Assembly (NCBI GenBank): GCA_035623825.1
Contig: DASPSR010000008.1
Location: 30,480 to 94,479, forward strand
Source of the DNA: Nitrospirota bacterium
Lineage (GTDB): Bacteria; Nitrospirota; UBA9217
Direction of reading: 5' to 3'
Length of the DNA: 64,000 bases
Numbering within the stretch: the stretch's first letter is position 1; every line of letters begins with the position of its first letter. The position numbers and the translations under genes were made by a program. Shown here in pieces: positions 51,658 through 62,029 of this stretch. The notes under the pieces are model-generated. The model saw nothing but the letters and a program-made list of their open reading frames with translations, did no database searches and was not told where the DNA came from.

Positions 51658-52959
51658 ATGAAGACAAAGGGCTTTATCGTTCTGGCAGCCGCAGTTTTGA
51701 CAATTGCTCTCTTCAGTTTCCTTATGCCGCATGAGTCGCAGGCCGTACCGTCCTATGCGCGCCAGGTCAAGAAACCCTGCACCGCCTGTCATACCATGTG
51801 GGCGAACCTGAACCAGTACGGAAGGCAGTTCAAGGTCAAGGCGTACACGGACGTCAGCCAGGACTGGGAGATGATCAACAAGGACAATATGAACCTGCCC
51901 GTGATCGCCCCGTTCTCCACGAGGGTCATTTACGAGGGCCTGGTTCGCGACAGCCAGTCACAGGCATCGAGTTCATCCGATGTCGGCCAGGTCGCGATAT
52001 TCATGGCAGCCAGGGTATTTGACTACGCCGGCGTGTTCACAAGCGCCGAGGCGGATGGCTTCTCCGTCGATTCTGGCGGCGGCACTTTTACGATCCCGAC
52101 CGTTAAAATGGCCTTTCAGTATCCGCTGGGCGAGGGGAATACCCTGGGCCTCGTCGCATTCGCCGGGCTTGCCACTGCCGCGGACCCCTTTAACAGCCTC
52201 GGGGGAAGGGACCGCGACCTGATCTATGATGACGGGCTGCCCTTCATTCTGAACACCGGCTGGACGTTCAACTTCTGGGGCGCGCATAACCAAGGCGCTG
52301 TCCTGCATGGTTACTTCCTGGGCAACCGCCTCTATGCCGCCTACGGCATGATGAGGGGCGGAGAAATAACTGACGGCAGCCTGGCTTCTCCTCCCGCTGG
52401 TACTCTGTCCAACAATGATAGTACAGATCCCTTTGACATGTATTCGCGCGTTGCCTGGGACCAGAAGCTTTCGAACGGCGCGGTCACCTTCGGTCTTGTC
52501 AACTATTACGGCACGCAGCGGATCACTATGCTTGGTACCGGCGTGCCTCTCTATGACTCGAAAGTAACGAGAACCTATGTCGACCTGTCTCTGGAGCAGA
52601 ACTACGGCGAGGACCATATGGTCGAACTTCAGGCCCTCTACGGCGGAGGCAATGACAAGAATGTCTTCGGCAACGGCGAAGAAAGAAAGTTCGACGGCTG
52701 GTATGCCCAGGCTGATTATTACTATGACAGAACGATTGGGGTCATTGGTGTGTTAAACTATGTCAAATATAAAGATGTTGCCGTTGGTGACCCGACCCCC
52801 ATCGATAAAAACTATCAGTGGATCGTGGGAGTGAATTACCTGCCCTGGCTGAACACGAAGATAACCCTCCAATATTCGGATACCATGACTACGAACATAA
52901 ACGGCACGAGCCCCACGGCCGACCGGATCACCAGGATGATCCTGGAAATGCTGTTCTAA
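51658..52959 (+). CDS. Outer-membrane beta-barrel with an N-terminal heme-c motif
   Basis: AVPSYARQ...CTACH...LNQYGRQFK; amphipathic strands; C-terminal Phe (LEMLF). Confidence 0.75.
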   Translation: MKTKGFIVLAAAVLTIALFSFLMPHESQAVPSYARQVKKPCTACHTMWANLNQYGRQFKVKAYTDVSQDWEMINKDNMNLPVIAPFSTRVIYEGLVRDSQSQASSSSDVGQVAIFMAARVFDYAGVFTSAEADGFSVDSGGGTFTIPTVKMAFQYPLGEGNTLGLVAFAGLATAADPFNSLGGRDRDLIYDDGLPFILNTGWTFNFWGAHNQGAVLHGYFLGNRLYAAYGMMRGGEITDGSLASPPAGTLSNNDSTDPFDMYSRVAWDQKLSNGAVTFGLVNYYGTQRITMLGTGVPLYDSKVTRTYVDLSLEQNYGEDHMVELQALYGGGNDKNVFGNGEERKFDGWYAQADYYYDRTIGVIGVLNYVKYKDVAVGDPTPIDKNYQWIVGVNYLPWLNTKITLQYSDTMTTNINGTSPTADRITRMILEMLF

Positions 52960-52972
52960 CCTTTCGAGTGTC

Positions 52973-53008
52973 TCCCCGGGGATGAAGGCGGTCTCCGGGG
53001 ACATTTTT
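52973..53008 (+). terminator. Intergenic hairpin/terminator
   Basis: TCCCCGGGGA/TCTCCGGGGA stem followed by CATTTTT. Confidence 0.5.
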
Positions 53009-53033
53009 CCCCAAGCGATTGTAGGAGGTGGCC

Positions 53034-54779
53034 ATGGAGGGAGCCGGCGTACAAAAAGGCATCCTGAAGGGCATTATAAAATTTACCGCGATTCTCGGGG
53101 CGGGGTTCGTTCTTCTCGCCGTCCTGAACAGGGTACTGCCCATGGCGACAGAGGACGGGTACCGGTTCTTCCCCGTCATCGGCAGCAGGGACTGGATATG
53201 GATCGTCGCGCAGCTGCATCTGAATTTCGCCGCTTTCGTCCTGGGCGTCCCCATCTTCGCGGTGACCATGGAATTCATCGGATGGAGAAACAAGGACGAG
53301 AGGCTCGACCGGATCGCCTACGACTTCACCAAGCTCTTCACGCTCGCCTATACCGTCACGGCGGTGATGGGATCGATGTTCCTCGTGAGCCTGCCGATCC
53401 TGTACCCGAAATTCACCGATTACATGATGAAGATCCTCGGCCCCACCTGGTGGCTGTACCTTGTCGTCATGTACGGTGAGGTGCTCGTCTGCTATTATTA
53501 TTTCTACTCGTGGCAAAAAATGAAGGACCGGAAGGGCTTTCACGTCACCCTTGGGATCCTGCTCAATGTCTTGGGCGCCATGCTGCTTCTCATCACCAGC
53601 GCGTGGGTGGGCTTCATGACCACTCCGGCCGGCGTGAACGCGGAGGGAGGGCTGGTCAGCAGGTGGGCCGCTATCCACACCCATATGTGGATCCCCCTGT
53701 TCCTTCACCGGTTCGTGGCTAACATCGTCTTCGGGGCCGGCATCGCTGCGGCCTATGCGGCGTTCCGGTTCATTACCGCGAAGACGGACGAGGAAAAGGC
53801 ATACTATGACTGGATGGGTTATACGTCGGCGATCATTTCGATCGGGGTTTCCCTGCTCCTGCCGGGCGTGGGCTACCTCCTGGGCGTCGAGATCTATTCG
53901 TTCAATGAGCAGATGGGCATACAGCTCATGGGCGGCTTCTTTGCCTGGCTGTGGGTCATGCAGGCGATCCTGATCGGCGCGATCCTCTTCTTCATCAACT
54001 ACTACCTCTGGATATCCCTGCACAAGATGCCGGGGGCGGAGCGGTACTTCAAGTATGTCAAGTTCTTGTTCATCATACTTCTCATCAGCTACGCTGTCTG
54101 GCTTACCCCGCACGATGTCGCGCTGAGCCTCGAAGAAGCGAGGCGCACGGGCACCTATCACCCCGCCTTGGGCAAGCTGGGCGTCATGGCTGCGAAGAAC
54201 ACGGCGGTCATTCTCTCCTATCTTGCCACGTTCCTGAGCTTCGCGATATTCCGCATGAGCAACAAGGAGCCTGTCGTCTCGTGGGCGAAGCAGGGACATA
54301 CGGCGCGGGCCGTAATCATCGTCGTTTCGGCTCTGGGCGTCTTGCTGCTCGGCATCTACAGCTACGTTGTTCCGGCCGCGGTGAGGGTGAAGGTGCTTTC
54401 CCCCATTCAGTTCGGCCTGTTCTTTGTAGGGCTTATCGCCCTTTACGTGCTGGACAATTACATGTACAAGGGCGCCAGGATCATCGGAGAGCCCCGGTGG
54501 GGCAAGATGCCTGAACGCTCCCAGTACGCGCTCATCGCGATCACGGTGACCTTCACGTGGCTCATGGGGATGCTCGGCTATATGAGGGCCGGCGCCCGGC
54601 AGTACTGGCATGTGTACGGGGTCATGATGAACACGAGCCCCGACAACTATCTCCCCACGCACGGGAAGGCGTCGGTCATCATCACGATCGTCACGCTGCT
54701 TTTCCTCTTTCTCGTTGCCCTGGTCTTCTGGAGCATCATGAAGCTCGAGAAAGTGGTCGAGGAAAGGAGGAAGGGCTGA
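53034..54779 (+). CDS. Cytochrome bd-like oxidase subunit I (non-canonical CydA-like, no CydB)
   Basis: AQLHLNFAAFVLGVP, FMTTPAG, LHRFVAN and GYMRAGARQYW (GRQPW analogue); many TM helices. Confidence 0.82.
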   Translation: MEGAGVQKGILKGIIKFTAILGAGFVLLAVLNRVLPMATEDGYRFFPVIGSRDWIWIVAQLHLNFAAFVLGVPIFAVTMEFIGWRNKDERLDRIAYDFTKLFTLAYTVTAVMGSMFLVSLPILYPKFTDYMMKILGPTWWLYLVVMYGEVLVCYYYFYSWQKMKDRKGFHVTLGILLNVLGAMLLLITSAWVGFMTTPAGVNAEGGLVSRWAAIHTHMWIPLFLHRFVANIVFGAGIAAAYAAFRFITAKTDEEKAYYDWMGYTSAIISIGVSLLLPGVGYLLGVEIYSFNEQMGIQLMGGFFAWLWVMQAILIGAILFFINYYLWISLHKMPGAERYFKYVKFLFIILLISYAVWLTPHDVALSLEEARRTGTYHPALGKLGVMAAKNTAVILSYLATFLSFAIFRMSNKEPVVSWAKQGHTARAVIIVVSALGVLLLGIYSYVVPAAVRVKVLSPIQFGLFFVGLIALYVLDNYMYKGARIIGEPRWGKMPERSQYALIAITVTFTWLMGMLGYMRAGARQYWHVYGVMMNTSPDNYLPTHGKASVIITIVTLLFLFLVALVFWSIMKLEKVVEERRKG

Positions 54780-55294
54780 TGAAGAAGGGCGTCCTGAAGC
54801 TTGCGATCATCGTGATCGGCCTTAATCTCATTTTTGTGTACATCGGCATGGAATTTCTGCCCCAGTCTGAATCAAGACCGCCGAAGGTGATCAAGGTCGA
54901 GGCTGGCATATCCCAGGACGACCTCATCAGCGTCGGCGAAGAGATCGTCTTCGGCAAAGGCCAATGCATGGTCTGTCACGTCGTAAAACCGGAAGCGGGC
55001 ATGAGGGCTCCGGCCATGTCCAGCATCGGTGCGGAAATGGAGCGTGAAGCGAAGGAGCGCGGCATCCCCGTCGAGGACCATGTATTCGAGGCGCTCGTCA
55101 ACCCCTCGAAATATATCGTCAAGGGCTTCGAGGACATGATGTCGCCCGTGCAGACGCCGCCCACGTCGCTTACCGACGGAGAGATCATAGCGGTAGCCGC
55201 CTACCTGCAGAGCAAGGGCGGCAAGGTAACGGTTTCCTATCCTGGCTCTGTGCCGGTCCTGAAAGCCCAGATAGCGAAGGCAGGAGGCAAGTAA
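54779..55294 (+). CDS. Membrane-anchored monoheme cytochrome c
   Basis: ATG overlaps the upstream TGA; N-terminal TM; GKGQCMVCH; distal MM. Confidence 0.85.
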   Translation: MKKGVLKLAIIVIGLNLIFVYIGMEFLPQSESRPPKVIKVEAGISQDDLISVGEEIVFGKGQCMVCHVVKPEAGMRAPAMSSIGAEMEREAKERGIPVEDHVFEALVNPSKYIVKGFEDMMSPVQTPPTSLTDGEIIAVAAYLQSKGGKVTVSYPGSVPVLKAQIAKAGGK

Positions 55295-55295
55295 G

Positions 55296-56099
55296 ATGCA
55301 ATTCATATTCCCCGTCATTACCATCATCGGCGTTGTGGTAGCGATTGCCTCCGGTCTGAAGAAATCGCCGTTCTTCAGCTTCGTGGGCATCCAGGTGGCC
55401 ATTTACGGAGGCCTGAAGAGCCTGTCGCTCATCATGCCGCCGCTCCCCGGACAGGTCATCGTCATGTTCATGATCATGTCCTTCTTCTCGTTCCTCATCT
55501 ACTTCTCGATCGAGGAAGAAACGCTTCAGGCATTTATCAAGCCCCTGAGGGCGCTCTTGGCCGACGATGACAAAAAAGTCCTGCGGTTCGTGATCGTCTA
55601 TCTCCTCGTTCCGCTTTTGGCCGGATATATAACCTTCCTGGAGGTGAAGCCGACCTTCGAACCGCCGCTGTCGCCGAGGATCACCCACCCCGAGCCTCCG
55701 ACGGAGATCGACTTCAGGGGGAACACGATCAAGATCCTGGGGCTCGAAAACCCTCTGCGCAAGGACCCGGCGGCTGTTCCAGGTCTCGTGCAGGAGGGCA
55801 AAGTGATCTATTTCCAGAACTGTTTCTTCTGCCACGGAGCTGACCTGGACGGACGCGGGAACTTTGCCCAGGCGTTCAACCCTCCGCCACCGCCATTCCG
55901 GGGCACAGATACGATCGCGCAGCTGCCTGAATCGTACGTGTTCTGGCGCGTGGCCAAGGGGTGGACAGGGCTGCCGGCGGGCGCTACCCCCTGGGATTCA
56001 GCAATGCCGGCGTTCGAGAACCTGCTGACCCAGGACCAGATATGGAAGGTCATTCTCTACATTTACGATGCCACCGGCAACAAACCAAGGACGTGGTGA
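55296..56099 (+). CDS. Membrane-bound monoheme cytochrome c (3-4 TM)
   Basis: NCFFCHG, WDSAMP and IWKVILY motifs. Confidence 0.85.
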   Translation: MQFIFPVITIIGVVVAIASGLKKSPFFSFVGIQVAIYGGLKSLSLIMPPLPGQVIVMFMIMSFFSFLIYFSIEEETLQAFIKPLRALLADDDKKVLRFVIVYLLVPLLAGYITFLEVKPTFEPPLSPRITHPEPPTEIDFRGNTIKILGLENPLRKDPAAVPGLVQEGKVIYFQNCFFCHGADLDGRGNFAQAFNPPPPPFRGTDTIAQLPESYVFWRVAKGWTGLPAGATPWDSAMPAFENLLTQDQIWKVILYIYDATGNKPRTW

Positions 56100-56121
56100 T
56101 ATGCGGAAAGGGGATTCTACC

Positions 56122-57540
56122 ATGAGGCTCTTCGTAGCCATTGTCTTATTGGTGTCGATACCGCTTATAGCGCTTCCGGAAGAGAGAGGAAAGGTCATTT
56201 ACGACCAGTGGTGCTCCTCGTGCCACGGCGAGAAGGGGGACGGGAAGGGTCCTGCCGCCGATTTCGTCTGGCCGAAACCGAGGGATTTTACGAAGGGAAC
56301 CTACAAATTCAAGTCCACCGGATCCGGCGAGCCGCCCGTTGACTCCGATATCGCGCGGACGATACGGCAGGGGAATCCGGGCACGTCCATGCCGCCCTGG
56401 ACCCGCTTCAGCGACGAAGAGGTGAAGTCCCTCGTCGCCTATCTCAAACAGTTTTCTCCCGATACTTTTTCTATACAGGGCACGCCCATCAAGATCAATC
56501 CTCCGGGCGGAAAAGATAAGCTTATCGCGCTCGGCAAGGAGATGTACCAGTCGGGAAAGTGCTGGGAGTGTCACGGCAAGGCTGGACGCGGCGACGGCGA
56601 GAAGGGGTGGCAGGAAAAATTCAAAGACGATTGGGGCAACCGGATCTATCCGGCTGACCAGACGGCCCCTTGGGAATACCGGGCCGGCAGCGACCTGAAG
56701 GACGTGTTCAAGACGGTCACTGCCGGCTTTGACGGGACACCCATGACCTCCTACGGAGACACGGTCTCAGAGGAGAAAAGATGGGCGCTCGCGTACTTTG
56801 TCGTATCGCAGCAGCTGACGAGGAACTTGGGGCTTTCCCTGCGCGTGAAGAAGGTGAACGCCATTCCGGCAACGACCGACGACGCCGCGTGGAAGGGCGT
56901 CGAATACCTGGATATCCCCATGGCCGGGCAGGTGATCTTCGATCCCCGCGACTTCATGGCCCTTATCACGAACGCCCGGGTGAGGGGTGTGTATACCGGG
57001 TCTGAGCTTGCGGTCATGGTCGAATGGGCCGACAAGCAGCAGAACAAGGGCGGTGGCGGACTGCCCCCCGACGCGGCGCGCATACAGTTCCCCACGAAGA
57101 TGACGGAAGGCGCCCGGCCGTATTTCTTCATGGGGGACAAGAAGCTCGGAGTGAACATGTGGCAGTGGAATGCCGCAGACAACCTCGGAATCGAATATGC
57201 TGCGGCCGGTCAGGAGACCGTGACGAAACAGGAAAAACAGGAAGTGAAGGTCGTCGCCGCGTACACGGACGGCCAGTACAGGATACTGTTCAGGAGAGCG
57301 CTCAATGCGGCTGATGATAAACACACCCGTATCGAGATCGGCAAATTTATGCCCTTTGCGGTCACCCTCTATGACGGCCGGAACAATGAACAGGACAAGA
57401 AGGGGGCGATCTCCGCGTGGTACTATATGATGCTGGAACCGCCGACGCCGGCTACGGTGTATATTCTTCCGCCGGTCGTGTTCTTGATATTCCTAGGCAT
57501 CGGCTTGCTCCTTCACAGGCAGCTTCGGAAGACAGGGTAG
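56122..57540 (+). CDS. Diheme cytochrome c fused to an EbdC/NxrC-like (EB_dh) heme-b domain, with C-terminal TM
   Basis: CSSCH and CWECH; DAARIQFP...YFFMGD...VNMWQW...FRRAL...YDG..EQDKKGAISAW. Confidence 0.8.
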   Translation: MRLFVAIVLLVSIPLIALPEERGKVIYDQWCSSCHGEKGDGKGPAADFVWPKPRDFTKGTYKFKSTGSGEPPVDSDIARTIRQGNPGTSMPPWTRFSDEEVKSLVAYLKQFSPDTFSIQGTPIKINPPGGKDKLIALGKEMYQSGKCWECHGKAGRGDGEKGWQEKFKDDWGNRIYPADQTAPWEYRAGSDLKDVFKTVTAGFDGTPMTSYGDTVSEEKRWALAYFVVSQQLTRNLGLSLRVKKVNAIPATTDDAAWKGVEYLDIPMAGQVIFDPRDFMALITNARVRGVYTGSELAVMVEWADKQQNKGGGGLPPDAARIQFPTKMTEGARPYFFMGDKKLGVNMWQWNAADNLGIEYAAAGQETVTKQEKQEVKVVAAYTDGQYRILFRRALNAADDKHTRIEIGKFMPFAVTLYDGRNNEQDKKGAISAWYYMMLEPPTPATVYILPPVVFLIFLGIGLLLHRQLRKTG

Positions 57541-57545
57541 ACGAG

Positions 57546-58562
57546 ATGGCAAATGACATGTATAAGAAGATCATTGTCCCGGTAGACAACTCGAGCTATT
57601 CGAACTACTGCACCGATATCGCCATTGCGCTGGCGAAGCAATTCGGCTCCGAGCTGACGGGCAGCCACGTGTACAGCGCGAGCCTGCACGACAAGCGGTT
57701 CCGCGACATGGAGGTCGGCCTGCCCGGCCATTACCAGGAAGAGGAGAGGCTCCAAAAGTCGAGGAAGATCCATGATACCCTCATCGGCTCAGGCCTCAGA
57801 ATGATCTCAGACGCCTATCTGGACTCCTTTAAAAAGAGATGTCAGGCATCCGATGTGTCGTTCACGTGCAGTATTACGGAGGGGAAGAACTGGTCAGAGC
57901 TGGTCAAGGAGGTCCGGAAGAACGATTACGACCTCGTGGTCCTTGGCATCCTGGGCCTTGGCGCGGTGAACGGCAACCTCATCGGGAGCGTCTGCGAGCG
58001 GGTCGTCCGAAAAGTCGCCGCCGATGTCCTCGTGGTAAAGAACGACAAACCCCTTGAAGGCAGGATCGTTGTTGCGATTGACGGGAGTCCGGATTCCTTT
58101 GCCGCCTTCAGGAAGGCATTGGACCTCACCAAGCGATTTGGTCTTGCAATCGAAGCCGTGTCCGTCTATGACCCGTACTTCCACAGGCGGGCCTTCCAGG
58201 CACTTGTGGGAGTCCTCTCAGATGAAGCCGGGAAGATGTTCCGGTTCAAGGAGCAGGAGAGAATGCATGATGAGATCATCGACGACGGGTTGGGCAAGAT
58301 TTACCGGGGGCACCTGGATGAGGCGGTCCGGATGGGGCATGACAAGGGGATCGATGTCAAAAGCACCCTGCTCGCGGGTAAAGCCTACCATGAGATAGAG
58401 AAATATCTTGAACAGCAGCCGCCTTCACTCCTCGTAGTAAGCCGTTTCGGCGCGCATAAGACCGACGAGCAGGACATCGGGAACACCACGGAAAACCTGC
58501 TTCGCCTCGCTCCCTGCAATCTGCTCATTACCGGCGCATCGAGCCGGACAGATCCCGTATGA
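57546..58562 (+). CDS. Universal stress protein (tandem, with insertions)
   Basis: IIVPVDNS, LIGSVCERV, VVAIDGS and IGNTTENLL motifs. Confidence 0.85.
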   Translation: MANDMYKKIIVPVDNSSYSNYCTDIAIALAKQFGSELTGSHVYSASLHDKRFRDMEVGLPGHYQEEERLQKSRKIHDTLIGSGLRMISDAYLDSFKKRCQASDVSFTCSITEGKNWSELVKEVRKNDYDLVVLGILGLGAVNGNLIGSVCERVVRKVAADVLVVKNDKPLEGRIVVAIDGSPDSFAAFRKALDLTKRFGLAIEAVSVYDPYFHRRAFQALVGVLSDEAGKMFRFKEQERMHDEIIDDGLGKIYRGHLDEAVRMGHDKGIDVKSTLLAGKAYHEIEKYLEQQPPSLLVVSRFGAHKTDEQDIGNTTENLLRLAPCNLLITGASSRTDPV

Positions 58563-59830
58563 ACGATCTCCACATTGTTTCCTGGAATATCACGAGACGC
58601 TGTAATCTTTCTTGCGCTCACTGCTATCTCCCCGCAGTAACGGGAATGGAGCGACCGGGTCCCGCCTCGGACACGGAACTGGCTGAAAGCGAGGCTTTCC
58701 GGCTCATCGACCAGGTCGCGGAGGTCAGTCCCGAGGTCATGCTGATCATCTCGGGAGGAGAGCCGCTCCTTCGGGAAGATGTCTTCGCCTTATCTGCCTA
58801 TGCCGCGGGAAAAGGCATGATGGTCGTCCTGGGTTCGAGCGGGCTCTTGATCGATGACAAGGTTGCCCGCAGGCTTCGGGAGAGCGGGGTCTCGGGGATA
58901 AGCATCAGCCTTGATTCAATGGATTCCCGCTTGCATGACAGCATCCGCAGGCATCCGGGAGCGTGGAGGAAGGCTGTGGCCGCGATCGAGCGATGCAGAG
59001 ACGCTGGACTATCGGTACAGATCAACACCGTCGTTACCCGAGGCAACTGTGGCGAATTACCGGCACTGATCGATTATTCCCGGAGCCTGGGGGCCAGGGT
59101 CTTCAGCCCATTCTTTCTTGTCTGCACGGGCAGAGGGGAAAAGCTGACGGACCTCTCTCCTTCTCAGCATGAAGAGATCCTATCGTCTGTCGTTGACCTG
59201 CAGGCGAGGTCGGGCGGCATCATGGTGCGGACGCGCTGCGCCCCTACGGTGAGACGGATCCTGTACGACAAGAACCCGGAGTCCCCGTTGCTCAAGCTGG
59301 ACGCCGGACGCTGTCTCGCCGGGCTATCCTACTGCAGGATCTCTCCGGAAGGCGACGTTACTCCCTGTCCTTACATGCCCCTTTCGGCGGGCAATGTCCG
59401 GGCCCGGGCATTCGGGGACATATGGCTGAACTCCGGCCTTCTTCACTCCCTCAGGACGCCTGCTCTCAAGGGAAAATGCAGCGAGTGCGACTACCGCCTG
59501 CTCTGCGGCGGATGCCGCGCAAGGGCGTATGCGGCCTGCAAGGATTATCTGGAGGAAGATCCATGGTGTCACTATGTTCCCAGTGGAGGCAAAATGAAAA
59601 TACCGCCAAGTTTTGAAGGAGAAAAATCGGAGTCAGCCCGAAGCGCCGTGAAACCGATTTGGACGAAAGAGGCCGAAGAGCGGCTCAAAAGGGTCCCCAT
59701 GTTTGTCCGCGGGATGGTGCGGCGCGCGGTCGAACGCCACGCGGAAGTCCGGGGGATGCGGGAAATAACCCCCGCCTTGATGGAGGAAGTGAAGAAGAAA
59801 GGGATGGGAGGGGGATTCGGTGGAAATTGA
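58559..59830 (+). CDS. Radical SAM/SPASM protein (NirJ/AhbC-D-like) with a C-terminal PCP_red-like domain
   Basis: WNITRRCNLSCAHCY, SGGEPL, CX2CX5CX2C SPASM motif and WTKEAEERLKRVPMFVR. Confidence 0.85.
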   Translation: MNDLHIVSWNITRRCNLSCAHCYLPAVTGMERPGPASDTELAESEAFRLIDQVAEVSPEVMLIISGGEPLLREDVFALSAYAAGKGMMVVLGSSGLLIDDKVARRLRESGVSGISISLDSMDSRLHDSIRRHPGAWRKAVAAIERCRDAGLSVQINTVVTRGNCGELPALIDYSRSLGARVFSPFFLVCTGRGEKLTDLSPSQHEEILSSVVDLQARSGGIMVRTRCAPTVRRILYDKNPESPLLKLDAGRCLAGLSYCRISPEGDVTPCPYMPLSAGNVRARAFGDIWLNSGLLHSLRTPALKGKCSECDYRLLCGGCRARAYAACKDYLEEDPWCHYVPSGGKMKIPPSFEGEKSESARSAVKPIWTKEAEERLKRVPMFVRGMVRRAVERHAEVRGMREITPALMEEVKKKGMGGGFGGN

Positions 59831-60110
59831 GAAAACCTTGACAGAGCAGGAACAAAATTTCTTGCGCCGCGCGGCAAAGAGACGGACCCTTTTTCTCCTG
59901 TCCAGCATTGCCACTGTCGTCGTCGCTGCCTTGTTCCTTGCATATCACGGCCTGATCGCGAAAGACCTGAACGGGACCAGGTTCGTAATCATCCTCCTGC
60001 TCCTGCTCTCCGGCCGTTCCTATCTGCGCCTCTACAAGTGCGCTGGCATCTTTGCCAAATTGAATGCCGGTACGGCGCCTGACCGCACGAGACCCGCCTC
60101 CACCTCTTGA
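59820..60110 (+). CDS. Small 2-TM membrane protein
   Basis: GTG start overlapping the radical SAM stop; two hydrophobic helices. Confidence 0.6.
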   Translation: MEIEKTLTEQEQNFLRRAAKRRTLFLLSSIATVVVAALFLAYHGLIAKDLNGTRFVIILLLLLSGRSYLRLYKCAGIFAKLNAGTAPDRTRPASTS

Positions 60111-60245
60111 TCCGTGGAGCAGAGAATGCGGCTTCGGGACAGCTGATCCCCGGCGAGACTCTCAGCAAAGCTCTTTAAAATGCCATTTCGTCTTTAAAAT
60201 GAGGACCATCAAGAAAAACCATCCAGAACAGAATATATAACTCTT

Positions 60246-61919
60246 ATGAAGATGCCCGACAATATATTATTTAATGCTGATGATAAAAAGAAGTTTAACT
60301 ATGAACTGGCAATAATTATTGTTGTGATTGTCGCATGTTTAGTGCCATTTCTAGATAAGGCATTTAATATTGATGACCCACTGTATATATGGGCTGCTCG
60401 TCATATTCAAACTAATCCATTTGATTTTTATGGTTTTACAGTCAATTGGTTCGGGCGGGAAGAGCCCATGTTTGAGGTCATGAAAAATCCTCCTCTTGCG
60501 TCTTATTACATTGCCCTCGTATCTAGCTTATTTGGATGGGCCGAGAGAGCCATGCACTTAGCTTTTCTAATCCCTGCTGTCGCTGCAGTCATGGGAACCT
60601 ATTACTTAGCAGGAGAATTTTGTTCAACACCGCTACTTTCCACACTGTTGAGTTTATTCACCCCAGTTTTTCTCTTATCAAGTACAACCGTTATGTGCGA
60701 CATAATGATGTTATCTTTGTGGGTATGGGCAACACTAATCTGGATACGGGGCCTTAAAAGCGATTCGAATATAAGTTTGATTTGCGCTGCCATTCTTATC
60801 GCTCTTTGCAGCTTAACAAAATATTATGGAATATGCCTAATACCTTTAATACTCGTGTATTCATTAGTAAAAAAACGTAACATAGGGCTCTGGACACTAT
60901 ATTTATTAATTCCAGTTTTTATACTTGCATTGTATCAATGGATCACATTTAATCTTTATGGCAAAGGCCTTCTTATAGATGCATCGTCATATGCTCTTGC
61001 ACACCAAAAGATTGAAGTCATGCAATTATTTTTGAAAAGCATAACAGGCCTTTTTTTTACAGGTGGTTGTTTTATTTCTGTTCTTTTTTTCGTACTATTC
61101 TTGCGACGGAAGATCTTGGTTATAGGCACCTCAATAACATTGCCATTAATTATCTATTATTTTTATGCGCTCGCACCGGATAAGCTTCTGTTTAATCAAA
61201 ATAATAGCACGAATTGGCTTTTTATCACTCAATGTTGTCTGTTTTTAATAACGGGAACGGTCGTTCTTCTTCTTGCCTTTTTTGACCTCTGGCGACATAA
61301 AAACGCTGACTCATTGTTCCTCTTTCTTTGGATAATAGGCACATTTATCTTTTCAACATTCATCAATTGGACAATTAATGGTCGAAGCATTCTGCCGATG
61401 TTCCCGGTTATAGGAATTTTGGTGTTGCGGCACATTGAACAAAAAAGGGCATTTAATGATTTAATGTCAGCTAAGATTTTTTTCTTACCGCTTATTCCAG
61501 CACTTCTGATTGCGCTATCGGTTACCTGGGCAGATTATAAATGGGCAGACAATGCTCGTAAGGAAGCTGCTATGATTAACCATGCTTATCAGAATCAGCA
61601 CGGTAACGTGTGGTTCTCAGGACATTGGGGCTTTCAGTATTACATGGAGACATATGGTGCGAAGGCACTGGATGAAACCAGAAGCATCATTACACGGGGG
61701 GATATAGTAGTTAATCCTTCGGATAATACTAATGCGTATTCTATGCCCGAGGATATGTTCAATATTATTCAAGTGTACAAAATTGCTCCCCTTCGTTGGC
61801 TATCAACATTGAACACTCATACAGGAGCAGGTTTTTACTCTTCCAAATGGGGACCTCTCCCTTTTGTATTTGGTCCCGTTCCGGAGGCAGAGTATTCCGT
61901 TTTTATGGCGAGCACTTAA
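60246..61919 (+). CDS. Glycosyltransferase family 39 (ArnT/PMT-like), AT-rich
   Basis: IDDPLY, KNPPLASYY, many TMs and LTKYYG; visibly lower GC than the flanks. Confidence 0.75.
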   Translation: MKMPDNILFNADDKKKFNYELAIIIVVIVACLVPFLDKAFNIDDPLYIWAARHIQTNPFDFYGFTVNWFGREEPMFEVMKNPPLASYYIALVSSLFGWAERAMHLAFLIPAVAAVMGTYYLAGEFCSTPLLSTLLSLFTPVFLLSSTTVMCDIMMLSLWVWATLIWIRGLKSDSNISLICAAILIALCSLTKYYGICLIPLILVYSLVKKRNIGLWTLYLLIPVFILALYQWITFNLYGKGLLIDASSYALAHQKIEVMQLFLKSITGLFFTGGCFISVLFFVLFLRRKILVIGTSITLPLIIYYFYALAPDKLLFNQNNSTNWLFITQCCLFLITGTVVLLLAFFDLWRHKNADSLFLFLWIIGTFIFSTFINWTINGRSILPMFPVIGILVLRHIEQKRAFNDLMSAKIFFLPLIPALLIALSVTWADYKWADNARKEAAMINHAYQNQHGNVWFSGHWGFQYYMETYGAKALDETRSIITRGDIVVNPSDNTNAYSMPEDMFNIIQVYKIAPLRWLSTLNTHTGAGFYSSKWGPLPFVFGPVPEAEYSVFMAST

Positions 61920-62029
61920 GGGATATCTTTGATTCATTGGTTTCCTGATCTTGAATGTACTTTCGTATCCGACCCTCGTCCAAGTCTACCGTGCTCGCAC
62001 AGTACCCTTGTGCTGAAAATCTATTCAGT

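Noticed and set aside
53034-54779. Canonical cydA symbol
   Set aside because: No cydB, an altered GRQPW region and cytochrome c partners indicate the bd-like clade.
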